This document shows, piece after piece, positions 7,053 to 15,804 of a stretch of DNA of 32,000 nucleotides. The first letter of the stretch is position 1, and each line of letters opens with the position of its first letter. The position numbers and the translations under genes are program-made. The notes below the pieces were generated by a model. The model did not search any database. It had not been told where the DNA came from and worked only from the letters and a program-made list of their open reading frames with translations. This DNA is from Ruminococcus albus 7 = DSM 20455 (GTDB taxonomy: Bacteria > Bacillota > Clostridia > Oscillospirales > Ruminococcaceae): positions 3,450,001-3,482,000 of the forward strand of contig NC_014833.1 in the NCBI RefSeq assembly GCF_000179635.2. The letters run 5' to 3'.

Positions 7053-9158
7053 TTGTCAGATCTTGTAATTGTAGAGTCGCCACACAAGGCGAAGACGGTA
7101 AAAAGATACCTCAGCGGTGATTATGAGGTCGTTGCATCTATGGGACACCTCAGGGATCTGCCTAAATCCAAGCTGGGTGTCGATATAGAGAACGATTTTG
7201 AACCGCAGTATATAAACATCAAGGATAAGGAGAGCCTTATCAAGGAAATAAAGAAAAAAGCCAAGGCAAGCGATCATGTATACCTCGCAGGAGACCCTGA
7301 CCGCGAAGGAGAGGCTATAAGCTGGCATCTGGCACAGCTGCTGGGGCTGGATATGAACGACAAGAACCGCGTGACTTTCAATGAGATAACCAAGAGCGGT
7401 ATTGATGCGGGAATGAGCAATCCCCGTACCATAGACCTGAATCTCGTTAATGCGCAGCAGGCAAGACGTATACTTGACAGGATAGTGGGCTACAAGCTGT
7501 CCCCTTTCCTGTGGAGGAAGATACGCCGCGGACTAAGCGCAGGACGTGTACAGTCCGTTGCGGTGAAGATGATATGCGACAGGGAAAATGAGATACGTGC
7601 TTTCGTATCACAGGAGTACTGGTCGATAGATGCGATGTTCCTTGCTGAGGGCAGCAAAAAAGCATTTGCATCGAAGGTGGATACAGTTGACGGCGCCAAG
7701 CCTGACCTGAAAAGCAAGGCTGATGCTGATGCTGTGCTGAAAAGGCTTGAGGGCGCAGAGTTCATCGTTGACAAAGTGAAGAAGAGCGTGCGCAAGAAGA
7801 ACCCTGCCGCACCTTTCACTACTTCAACATTACAGCAGGAAGCTTCAAGAAGACTGGGATTTCAGGGCAGACGTACCATGAAGGCGGCACAGGAGCTGTA
7901 TGAAGGTCTTGATATCAAGGATATGGGCCCTACGGGTCTTATAACCTACATGAGAACAGACAGCCTGCGTATCTCCGACGAAGCAAGGGCAGCAGCCTAT
8001 GATTTCATCAAGGAGAAGTACGGCGATGCATATATCCCCGAAAAGCCAAGGGTATACAAGACCAAGGGCAGTGCGCAGGATGCTCACGAGGCTATACGTC
8101 CCACAAACCCTGCCATTACCCCCGAGCTTGTAAAGGCGAGCGGTGTCACCAATGACCAGTACAAGCTTTACAAGCTTATCTGGGAGAGATTCATAGCTTC
8201 GCAGATGGCTAACTGCACTATGGATACCATGTCGGTGGATATAGCGGCTAACGGCGTTATGTTCAAGGCTACGGGCTATTCGGTGAAGTTTGACGGCTTT
8301 ACCGTACTTTATGAGGAGAGCAAGGACGAAGAGGAAGAGAAGAAGAACGTACTTCCTCCGCTGGCAAAAGGCGATAAGCTGACTCCCAAGGAGATACTGG
8401 GCAACCAGCACTTCACACAGCCGCCCCCGAGGTATACCGAAGCTACCCTTGTAAAGGCATTCGAGGAAACAGGCATAGGCAGACCTTCAACCTACGTTAC
8501 CACGGTGACTACCATCATCAACCGCAACTACGTTGAGCGTGACGGCAAACAGCTGAAGCCCACAAGTCTTGGAGAAGTTACCAATGAGCTGATGAGCGAG
8601 CATTTCGACAAGATAGTTGATGTGAAGTTCACGGCGAACATGGAAAAGAGCCTTGACGATATCGAAAGCGGAAAGATAGGCTGGGTAAAGACCTTGCAGA
8701 AGTTCTACAAGGAGTTCGACAGCGAGCTCGGTACGGCTGAAAAGGAGATGGAGGGCAAGCGCGTGAAAGTCCCCGATGAAGCCACAGATGAGATATGCGA
8801 GGTCTGCGGAAAGCCTATGGTCATAAAGATAGGCAGATTCGGCAAGTTCATGGCGTGCTCGGGATTCCCCGATTGCAAGAACACCAAGAGGATAGTTCAG
8901 GAAACAGGCGGCGACTGTCCCTTCTGCGGAAAGAGGGTACTGCTGAAGAAATCCAAGAAGGGCAAGAAGTACTACGGCTGTGAGAACAATCCCGAATGTT
9001 CATTCATGACATGGGATATACCCACCGAGGAGAAATGTCCCAGATGCGGAAGTACACTGTTCCAGAAGGGCGGAAAGAACGGCATACTCATCTGCCACAA
9101 GCAGGATTGCGGCTACCAGAGAAGCCTTTCGGGCGAGAGTGCAGGCAGTGAGGAATAA
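7053..9158 (+). CDS. topA: DNA topoisomerase I
   Basis: TTG start. LVIVESPHKAKTVKRYL (Toprim), GDPDREGEAISWH, active-site region ITYMRTDS, and C-terminal CxxC zinc-ribbon repeats. Confidence 0.96.
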   Translation: MSDLVIVESPHKAKTVKRYLSGDYEVVASMGHLRDLPKSKLGVDIENDFEPQYINIKDKESLIKEIKKKAKASDHVYLAGDPDREGEAISWHLAQLLGLDMNDKNRVTFNEITKSGIDAGMSNPRTIDLNLVNAQQARRILDRIVGYKLSPFLWRKIRRGLSAGRVQSVAVKMICDRENEIRAFVSQEYWSIDAMFLAEGSKKAFASKVDTVDGAKPDLKSKADADAVLKRLEGAEFIVDKVKKSVRKKNPAAPFTTSTLQQEASRRLGFQGRRTMKAAQELYEGLDIKDMGPTGLITYMRTDSLRISDEARAAAYDFIKEKYGDAYIPEKPRVYKTKGSAQDAHEAIRPTNPAITPELVKASGVTNDQYKLYKLIWERFIASQMANCTMDTMSVDIAANGVMFKATGYSVKFDGFTVLYEESKDEEEEKKNVLPPLAKGDKLTPKEILGNQHFTQPPPRYTEATLVKAFEETGIGRPSTYVTTVTTIINRNYVERDGKQLKPTSLGEVTNELMSEHFDKIVDVKFTANMEKSLDDIESGKIGWVKTLQKFYKEFDSELGTAEKEMEGKRVKVPDEATDEICEVCGKPMVIKIGRFGKFMACSGFPDCKNTKRIVQETGGDCPFCGKRVLLKKSKKGKKYYGCENNPECSFMTWDIPTEEKCPRCGSTLFQKGGKNGILICHKQDCGYQRSLSGESAGSEE

Positions 9159-9161
9159 ACA

Positions 9162-9626
9162 GTGGATATACGCAGGGCAAAAAGGGCAGATGAGGTGTAC
9201 CTGAACGAATTGTATGCTCAGCTGGAAAAGGACGCGGTGTTCTATCAGCCGCAGCATTTCGTTATGAGTGAAAAGGGTGCACGGATATGTGATGAACTGT
9301 TTGACAGTGAAAGGCAGGCTGTATTCGCGGCGGAGGACAACGGCGAAGTTGTCGGATTTATCCATGTGAAGCTGCTTGCATCTAAGGATATACCCTGCCT
9401 CAGACCCGAGATCAATGTGTATATACAGGACATGGTAGTTTCTGAAAAATACAGGAACAAAGGCATAGGCACACAGCTTATGGAAACTGCAAAAGAATAC
9501 GGAAGAAAAAACGGTGCGTCATTCGTGCGCACGCAGGTATTCCCGATGAATGAAGACGGTCTGCGGTTTTACCGCAGGAACGGATTCGCAGAAACTATGA
9601 TAACGATAGAATGTCCGTTGGACTGA
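9162..9626 (+). CDS. GNAT-family N-acetyltransferase
   Basis: GTG start. Acetyl-CoA motif A: VVSEKYRNKGIGTQLMETAKEYGRKNG...FYRRNGF. Confidence 0.8.
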   Translation: MDIRRAKRADEVYLNELYAQLEKDAVFYQPQHFVMSEKGARICDELFDSERQAVFAAEDNGEVVGFIHVKLLASKDIPCLRPEINVYIQDMVVSEKYRNKGIGTQLMETAKEYGRKNGASFVRTQVFPMNEDGLRFYRRNGFAETMITIECPLD

Positions 9627-9644
9627 AAAAAAGGAAACTTATAC

Positions 9645-10967
9645 ATGAGTGATAAAGTAAAAGTAATAGGTGCAGGGCTTGCAGGATGCGAAGCTGCATG
9701 GCAGCTGGCGAGAGCGGGCATAGATGTTGAGCTTTTTGAGATGAAGCCCAAAAAGTTCACACCTGCGCATAAATACAAGGGCTTCGCGGAACTGGTATGC
9801 TCCAATTCGCTGAAAGCCGACAGAGTTGAATCGGCGGCAGGTATGCTTAAAGAGGAGATGCGCAGACTCGGTTCAGTGACGATGGAATGTGCCGAGGAAG
9901 CAAGAGTTTCCGCAGGCGGTGCACTGGCGGTGGACAGAGAGAAGTTCTCAGACGCTGTTACCGAGCGCATACGGAACAATGAGCATATCACTGTCATCGA
10001 GGAGGAAGTGACGGAGATACCCGACGGGAATGTGATAATCGCTACGGGTCCCCTGACCTCTGACGGTCTGGCTGAGAGCATTGGAAAACTCTGCGGAGAG
10101 TATCTGTACTTTCACGATGCGGCTGCACCTATCGTGACATTTGACAGCATAGATATGGAAAAGGCATTCTTTGCTTCACGCTACGGCAGGGGCGATGCGG
10201 ATTACATAAACTGTCCCATGGACAGGGAGGAGTACGAGCGTTTCTACAACGAACTCATCAACGCCGAGAGCGCACCGCTGAAAGAGCATGACAAAGAGCA
10301 TTTCGCAAAGGACGGCTTCAAGGTATACGAGGGCTGTATGCCTGTTGAAGTGCTGGCAAAGCGCGGCGAGGATACACTTCGCTTCGGACCGCTGAAACCT
10401 GTGGGACTGAGAGACCCGAGGACAGATAAGCGACCCTGGGCGGTGGTACAGCTGAGGGCTGAGAACACTGCTGGGAGTATGTACAATCTGGTAGGCTTCC
10501 AGACAAATCTTAAATTCGGTGAGCAGAAGAGAGTATTCTCGCTTATACCCGGTCTTGAAAATGCAGAGTTCATGCGCTACGGTGTCATGCACAGGAACAC
10601 TTTCATAAATTCCCCTAAACTGCTGAACGAGCAGTTCAATATGAGGGAGAGACCCTCCCTTTACTTCGCAGGGCAGATGACAGGTGTAGAGGGCTATATC
10701 GAGAGTGCGGCAAGCGGAATATTCGCAGGGCTTAATATGGCAAGGCAGATACAGGGACTTTCCCCCGTGAGCCTGCCCGAGACAACCATGCTTGGGGCAC
10801 TCAGCAAGTATATAAGCTCCCCCGATACCGAAAACTTCCAGCCTATGGGCTGTAATATGGGCATACTACCCGAATGGGGAGAGAGAATAAAGGACAAGAA
10901 GCTTAAATACAAACTGCTGGCGGAGAGAGGTCTTGCAGACCTTGACAGATGCATAGCGGAGTTGTGA
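9645..10967 (+). CDS. trmFO: methylenetetrahydrofolate--tRNA-(uracil54-C5)-methyltransferase TrmFO (Gid)
   Basis: FAD motif VIGAGLAGCEAAWQLA, plus ...LVCSNSLK..., GQMTGVEGYIESAASG. The dprA-topA-trmFO order is as in B. subtilis. Confidence 0.93.
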   Translation: MSDKVKVIGAGLAGCEAAWQLARAGIDVELFEMKPKKFTPAHKYKGFAELVCSNSLKADRVESAAGMLKEEMRRLGSVTMECAEEARVSAGGALAVDREKFSDAVTERIRNNEHITVIEEEVTEIPDGNVIIATGPLTSDGLAESIGKLCGEYLYFHDAAAPIVTFDSIDMEKAFFASRYGRGDADYINCPMDREEYERFYNELINAESAPLKEHDKEHFAKDGFKVYEGCMPVEVLAKRGEDTLRFGPLKPVGLRDPRTDKRPWAVVQLRAENTAGSMYNLVGFQTNLKFGEQKRVFSLIPGLENAEFMRYGVMHRNTFINSPKLLNEQFNMRERPSLYFAGQMTGVEGYIESAASGIFAGLNMARQIQGLSPVSLPETTMLGALSKYISSPDTENFQPMGCNMGILPEWGERIKDKKLKYKLLAERGLADLDRCIAEL

Positions 10968-10971
10968 TGAT

Positions 10972-11565
10972 ATGGGTGGAGCTATTCTTTTTTTGGCTGC
11001 GGCTGCAGCCTTCCTGCTGATAAATCTGTCGAGTATATATATTATAGGGAAACTTATAAAAGGTCCCAAAAAGCTTATCAATGATGTTGCACAGGGCGAA
11101 GATAGCAAAACAGCAAAAACTGCCGGTTTGCTTTTTGGACTTCCGTTTTTAACAGCAGGAATGTATATGATGATACTGGCGCTGTTCAAAGTGGGTCACG
11201 GCGAAAAGCTTTACACCGAAATTCCCGAAGGCGGCGGAACGATAACATTACTGTTCATGGGGTGTGTATTTATATTTGCCCCGATATTAAAATTCACCTA
11301 TAACAAAGAGCATGAACCGAAGTATTTCGTGAAACAGGGGCTGTTCTGCTGGCTGACAGGTGTTATAATAACCTCTGCGATGGTGCTGTTCAATTACGGC
11401 ATGATGAAGGAACATGATAAATTCACAGGCTTTGATGAATACTCATGGCATGAGATGCTTACAAAGTGCATACCATGTTCGCTGATAGGTTCGCTTATTT
11501 TACTGACAGTGCTGATGGCACTGCACATCTTTATACAATATAAGAGATTTTACAGCAAGTACTGA
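10972..11565 (+). CDS. hypothetical polytopic membrane protein (about 5 predicted TM segments)
   Basis: 197 aa. Hydrophobic stretches at roughly residues 3-27, 51-73, 88-108, 122-143 and 165-188. I recognise no family motif. Confidence 0.6.
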   Translation: MGGAILFLAAAAAFLLINLSSIYIIGKLIKGPKKLINDVAQGEDSKTAKTAGLLFGLPFLTAGMYMMILALFKVGHGEKLYTEIPEGGGTITLLFMGCVFIFAPILKFTYNKEHEPKYFVKQGLFCWLTGVIITSAMVLFNYGMMKEHDKFTGFDEYSWHEMLTKCIPCSLIGSLILLTVLMALHIFIQYKRFYSKY

Positions 11566-11623
11566 CGGTATATGCTGTGATATGATCATTGAGAAAAAAC
11601 AGATCCCGATATGGAGAGAGAGC

Positions 11624-12295
11624 ATGAAAATAAAAATACCGGCAGCTGTGCTGGCACTTATGATGCTTGCAGGCTGTGGAAATACGGCAGGAGAAACTGA
11701 TGCCGCAAATATGGAAAAACCCGGTCTGACAATTGTGACCCCGGAAGAACAGGCAGAGCGCTGCGACAGCTATGATGACAGCATGACAGCTGCATTCCTG
11801 TCAAAGATAGACGCTCATGATTTTGCCATAAAACTCAGTTCCTCACAGAATGGCGGAGAAGAGGTCATAGAAGAGGTAGAGGTAAGCGGAAACATACTGC
11901 ATGATATCTACAAGACCCACGAGGGTATGGTCACGGCAGAGCTTTACATTGTGGACGGCGGAATATGGTGCGTTACCAATGAGGGCAGTGATAATGTGAC
12001 CTATCAGGGCTTTGACAACAGCTATGATGACCATGTGAGGGAGTGTGTATTCCACTGTCCCGGCATAGGCAGCAAGGATAAGTATGCAGGTATGACCGAT
12101 GATCACACCGACAAGATACTGGGGCAGACCAATGATACGGAGTACCTTTTCACCTACGGTGATGACGGCATACTCAAAAACTGCGATGGCAGCGGTACGC
12201 ATATAGAGGTACTTGAATTCACAGACGGCATCGGCAGTTTACAGATACCCGAGAATGTTCGCGCGGCGATAGAGAACAAGGACTTGAACGGATAG
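11624..12295 (+). CDS. putative lipoprotein, paralog 1 of 3
   Basis: Start moved to the ATG at 11624 (GGAGAGAG upstream). Signal peptide plus lipobox: MKIKIPAAVLALMMLAGC. Shares motifs with the next two genes (SYDDSMTAAFLSKI, YIVDG, LQIPEN). Confidence 0.75.
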   Translation: MKIKIPAAVLALMMLAGCGNTAGETDAANMEKPGLTIVTPEEQAERCDSYDDSMTAAFLSKIDAHDFAIKLSSSQNGGEEVIEEVEVSGNILHDIYKTHEGMVTAELYIVDGGIWCVTNEGSDNVTYQGFDNSYDDHVRECVFHCPGIGSKDKYAGMTDDHTDKILGQTNDTEYLFTYGDDGILKNCDGSGTHIEVLEFTDGIGSLQIPENVRAAIENKDLNG

Positions 12296-12304
12296 GAGAT
12301 ATTT

Positions 12305-13036
12305 ATGGATAAGAAGATACTCGTTATAATAGCGGCTGTATGCATGATGCTGGCTGGCTGCGGTGATAAAAAGGATACAGCATCGACAGGTAACAGCGGA
12401 AAAGTTGCAGGCGGTGCAGTAACAAAGGTAACTACTCAGGACGAGGATACGGCTGTAACAGAGGCTGAGGAAGACAGCAAAGCTGAAGCTGACGATGCGG
12501 TCGAGCAGGGACCGCAGGGTGCTGACAGCTACGAGAACAGCTTTACGGCAGCACTGATAAAGCAGCTAGGTGAAAGAAATTTCTCTATGACATTCGCTGT
12601 TAACGACATAGACAACGGCGAGGGCATGGAGCTTAAATACGAGGAGACCTTTGAGGTAAAGGATTCAAACGGACACCAGACCATAAAGAATGCTGACGGT
12701 ACGGTATCCGAGATATACACCGTTGACGGTGCCAGCTATCAGGCTGATGCGGAGAGCGGTAAGATGGAAACTGTCGGTATTGGAAACACCATGAGCGTGG
12801 AGCAGATATGCTCAATGGTACTTGGCTTCTCACCGATGGAGTCGGAGTATCTGGGTGCTGAGAGCTTCAGCGACGGAACAGTGCAGGAAAAGTTCATGGA
12901 TGAAACGAACAATACTTTCGTATGCGTATATGCCGACAACAGTCTGACAGCCTGCGAGGGCGGCGGTCTTCTCAGGGATTACAAGGGATATACCGCAGGA
13001 AATGTGGCTGAGATAAAGCTGCCTGAGGGCAATTGA
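12305..13036 (+). CDS. putative lipoprotein, paralog 2 of 3 (with an acidic low-complexity linker)
   Basis: MDKKILVIIAAVCMMLAGC lipobox. Shared motifs: SYENSFTAALIKQL, YTVDG, IKLPEG. Confidence 0.75.
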   Translation: MDKKILVIIAAVCMMLAGCGDKKDTASTGNSGKVAGGAVTKVTTQDEDTAVTEAEEDSKAEADDAVEQGPQGADSYENSFTAALIKQLGERNFSMTFAVNDIDNGEGMELKYEETFEVKDSNGHQTIKNADGTVSEIYTVDGASYQADAESGKMETVGIGNTMSVEQICSMVLGFSPMESEYLGAESFSDGTVQEKFMDETNNTFVCVYADNSLTACEGGGLLRDYKGYTAGNVAEIKLPEGN

Positions 13037-13044
13037 CGGACACA

Positions 13045-13674
13045 ATGAGAAAAGTTCTTATATATTTGACCGCGGCGATGATGAGCTTTGCATTATCGGG
13101 CTGCGGAGCGGTAAAGGTCGCAGATAAATATGAGGACAGCCTGACGAAAGCTTATATCGAAAAACTGGATGGCGAAAAGCTCACAGTCAATTTAACTGTT
13201 ACCATTGATTATGACAAAGAGAAAATAGGCGACGACAGTTATTCGCAGTTACTTGAAGTTAACGGTGAAAACAGGCATCTTTTTGAAAGCTTGGAAAGCG
13301 GCGATATTGAATTCTATCAGACTGACGGTAAGACATGGAGAGTCGATGCCAAAAAGAAGGAGATACATCCTCTTGACGGAAACGGCTATTTCGGAGCGGA
13401 CAATGCAGACACTGTTCTGGGAGATCTGCCCGAAAGCGATGATTTTGTTTCGGCAGAAAAAGATACAGATGGGAACATTCGGGAAACATTTGATATTGAC
13501 GGGACCGTGAAAGTTTTTACTTATGATGGAAAAACGGGCGAACTTATAGATATGGAATATAAAACAGATTCTATACCCGGTGACAATTCAGCCGTGATAA
13601 AGTTAACAGTGAACAGCTTTAAAGAGGACTGCGGCGAGATAAAACTACCCGAGGGGTATACGATGATAGATTGA
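13045..13674 (+). CDS. putative lipoprotein, paralog 3 of 3
   Basis: Start moved to the ATG at 13045. MRKVLIYLTAAMMSFALSGC lipobox. Shared motifs: KYEDSLTKAYIEKL, YQTDG, IKLPEG. Confidence 0.75.
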   Translation: MRKVLIYLTAAMMSFALSGCGAVKVADKYEDSLTKAYIEKLDGEKLTVNLTVTIDYDKEKIGDDSYSQLLEVNGENRHLFESLESGDIEFYQTDGKTWRVDAKKKEIHPLDGNGYFGADNADTVLGDLPESDDFVSAEKDTDGNIRETFDIDGTVKVFTYDGKTGELIDMEYKTDSIPGDNSAVIKLTVNSFKEDCGEIKLPEGYTMID

Positions 13675-13711
13675 TATGGCTCGGCTGTATCACAGACAGG
13701 GAGGTATAACA

Positions 13712-14716
13712 ATGAACATAGTAATGGACGCATTCGGCGGTGACAACGCACCGCTGGAAGTCATCAAGGGCGCTGTTGACGCTCAGAGAGACTTCGGCGT
13801 GGATATAACACTGGTGGGCGATGAGAAGAAGATAAAGGACTGCGCTGCCAAAAACAGTATAGATATTTCGGCACTGAAGATACGCCATGCCGATACCGTT
13901 ATAGAGATATGCGAAGAGCCTACCGAGGTCATCAAGGGCAAAAAGGATTGCTCAATGGCTGTGGGTATGCAGATGCTGGCTGACGGCGAAGGCGATGCTT
14001 TCGTATCAGCAGGCTCGACAGGTGCGCTGGTGGTCGGTGCTACATTCATCGTCAAGAGGCTAAAGGGCATCAAGCGCCCCGCACTGGCAACTATACTGCC
14101 TACCGCAGGCAAGCCTACAATGCTCCTGGACAGCGGCGCAAATGCAGACTGCCGCCCCGAGATGCTGGTACAGTTCGGCATAATGGGCACAGCTTATATG
14201 AACAAGATACTGGGCGTTGATAAGCCGAGGGTAGCACTGGCAAATATAGGCGCTGAGGAATCAAAGGGCAGAGAGCTGGAGCTGGAGACTTATAAGCAGC
14301 TGAAAACAGCTCCCGTGAACTTCGTGGGCAATATCGAAGCTAGACAGCTCCCTCTGGGCGACTGCGATGTATGTGTGGCTGACGGTTTCTGCGGAAACCT
14401 CATGCTGAAACTCTACGAGGGCATGGGCAAGTTCTTCTCAGGCGAGCTGAAAAATATATTCAAGAGCAGTGCAAAGAGCAAGCTGGCTGCTGTTATGGTA
14501 ATGAAAGATATCAACAATTTCAAGAAGAAAATCGATTACTCCGAGTACGGCGGAGCTCCCCTGCTGGGTACAGCAAAGCCCGTTATAAAAGCTCACGGCA
14601 GTTCGGACGCAAAGGCATTCTACAACGCTGTAAGGCAGGCGAAACAGTTCACCGAGACAGGCGTTATCGATATGATAACCGATGCTCTCGCACAGATGAA
14701 GAAGGTGCAGGGATAA
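13712..14716 (+). CDS. plsX: phosphate acyltransferase PlsX
   Basis: Start at the ATG at 13712 (GGAGG at 13699..13703). MDAFGGDNAP..., FVSAGSTGA..., KAHGSSDAKA are PlsX signatures. Confidence 0.93.
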   Translation: MNIVMDAFGGDNAPLEVIKGAVDAQRDFGVDITLVGDEKKIKDCAAKNSIDISALKIRHADTVIEICEEPTEVIKGKKDCSMAVGMQMLADGEGDAFVSAGSTGALVVGATFIVKRLKGIKRPALATILPTAGKPTMLLDSGANADCRPEMLVQFGIMGTAYMNKILGVDKPRVALANIGAEESKGRELELETYKQLKTAPVNFVGNIEARQLPLGDCDVCVADGFCGNLMLKLYEGMGKFFSGELKNIFKSSAKSKLAAVMVMKDINNFKKKIDYSEYGGAPLLGTAKPVIKAHGSSDAKAFYNAVRQAKQFTETGVIDMITDALAQMKKVQG

Positions 14717-15414
14717 TGGACGAGCAGAAGTGTCTGGAAGCCTTTCAGAAGAAGATAGGCTACCATTTCAAAAACGAAAAACTGCTGTATGAAGCGCTGT
14801 CACATTCAAGCTTTGCCAACGAGAACAAAAAACAGCGCCACAGCAACGAGCGTCTTGAATTTCTGGGAGATTCGGTGCTTTCGATAGTAGTATCAGACCA
14901 CATCTTCGAGCATTTCAAGCATCTGCCCGAGGGTGAGCTGACAAAACTGAGAGCATCACTGGTATGTGAGAAAGCACTGTTTGAGTTTTCACACAAGATA
15001 GAGCTTGGCAAGTACATATTCCTCGGCAAGGGCGAGGAACTCACAGGCGGCAGAGAGCGTGCATCCATAGTATCCGATGCTATGGAAGCTGTTATCGCGG
15101 CGATATACCTCGACGGCGGACTTGAAGCGGCAAGAAAGCATATAATGAACTTTCTGCCAAAGGATCTGAATCCTGCGCACACAGATACGTTCCACGACTA
15201 CAAGACAGTATTGCAGGAGATAATCCAGCGCAATCCCGAGGAAAAAGTAGAGTACTTTTTAAAGGGCGAGGACGGTCCCGACCATGACAAGAGATTCACG
15301 GTACAGGTGAAGCTGAACAACAACGTAATAGGCGAGGGCATAGGCAGGTCGAAGAAGAATGCCGAGCAGAATGCGGCTAAAGAAGCGTTGGCACTCATGG
15401 GAGTCAAGGTCTAA
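14716..15414 (+). CDS. rnc: ribonuclease III
   Basis: The start overlaps the plsX stop (TAATG). RNase III signature NERLEFLGDSVL. C-terminal dsRBD ...GRSKKNAEQNAAKEAL. Confidence 0.95.
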   Translation: MDEQKCLEAFQKKIGYHFKNEKLLYEALSHSSFANENKKQRHSNERLEFLGDSVLSIVVSDHIFEHFKHLPEGELTKLRASLVCEKALFEFSHKIELGKYIFLGKGEELTGGRERASIVSDAMEAVIAAIYLDGGLEAARKHIMNFLPKDLNPAHTDTFHDYKTVLQEIIQRNPEEKVEYFLKGEDGPDHDKRFTVQVKLNNNVIGEGIGRSKKNAEQNAAKEALALMGVKV

Positions 15415-15804
15415 TCCAATTCATAATTCACAATTCATAATTCATAATTATTGGCAGGGCAACAACGTAGCTGTACTTTGGATAGAATGCCAAGGAGGAG
15501 AGCTTTGGGTCAAGCCTTTCGCGAAAGGCTTGCGGAGTTTGAGGCAGAGCCTCAAGCACCAAGGCAAGGAACCAAAATGCAAAGCGAACTATAATAGAAC
15601 AGCAAACTCCCGACCAAATGGCGCGGGCAATACCAAACGATACGAGCGTGTACGAAAGTATACGACCGCACAAACTATCCGCGTGAATTATTGCCCGCGC
15701 CCGTCATCGGACAGCGAAGCGAATACGATGACTCGACCCGTAAGGGGCGACCCGATAATGCAGTACGTAAGAATCAGGAATACCAACAGAAAAGAGGCGC
15801 ACAA
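15415..15804 (+). ncRNA. unassigned structured intergenic region (candidate cis-element or ncRNA); strand inferred from GNRA loops
   Basis: 390 nt with no credible CDS.
- Heptamer repeat at 15418..15452.
- Perfect 22-nt palindrome CAAGCCTTTCGCGAAAGGCTTG at 15511..15532.
- Hairpin TTGAGGC-AGA-GCCTCAA at 15538..15556.
- 13-bp perfect inverted repeat GGCGCGGGCAATA (15620..15632) / TATTGCCCGCGCC (15689..15701), enclosing a GAAA-capped 7-bp hairpin (15647..15664).
- GTCATCG/CGATGAC stem (15703..15732).
- GTAA-capped hairpin (15733..15750). Confidence 0.35.

Noticed and set aside
15691-15804. Upstream TTG extension of the radical SAM ORF (track start 15691)
   Set aside because: The extension lies inside the 13-bp inverted-repeat and hairpin region and has no SD. 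The ATG at 15805 has an AAAGAGG RBS, and the ELP3-like motif begins right after it.
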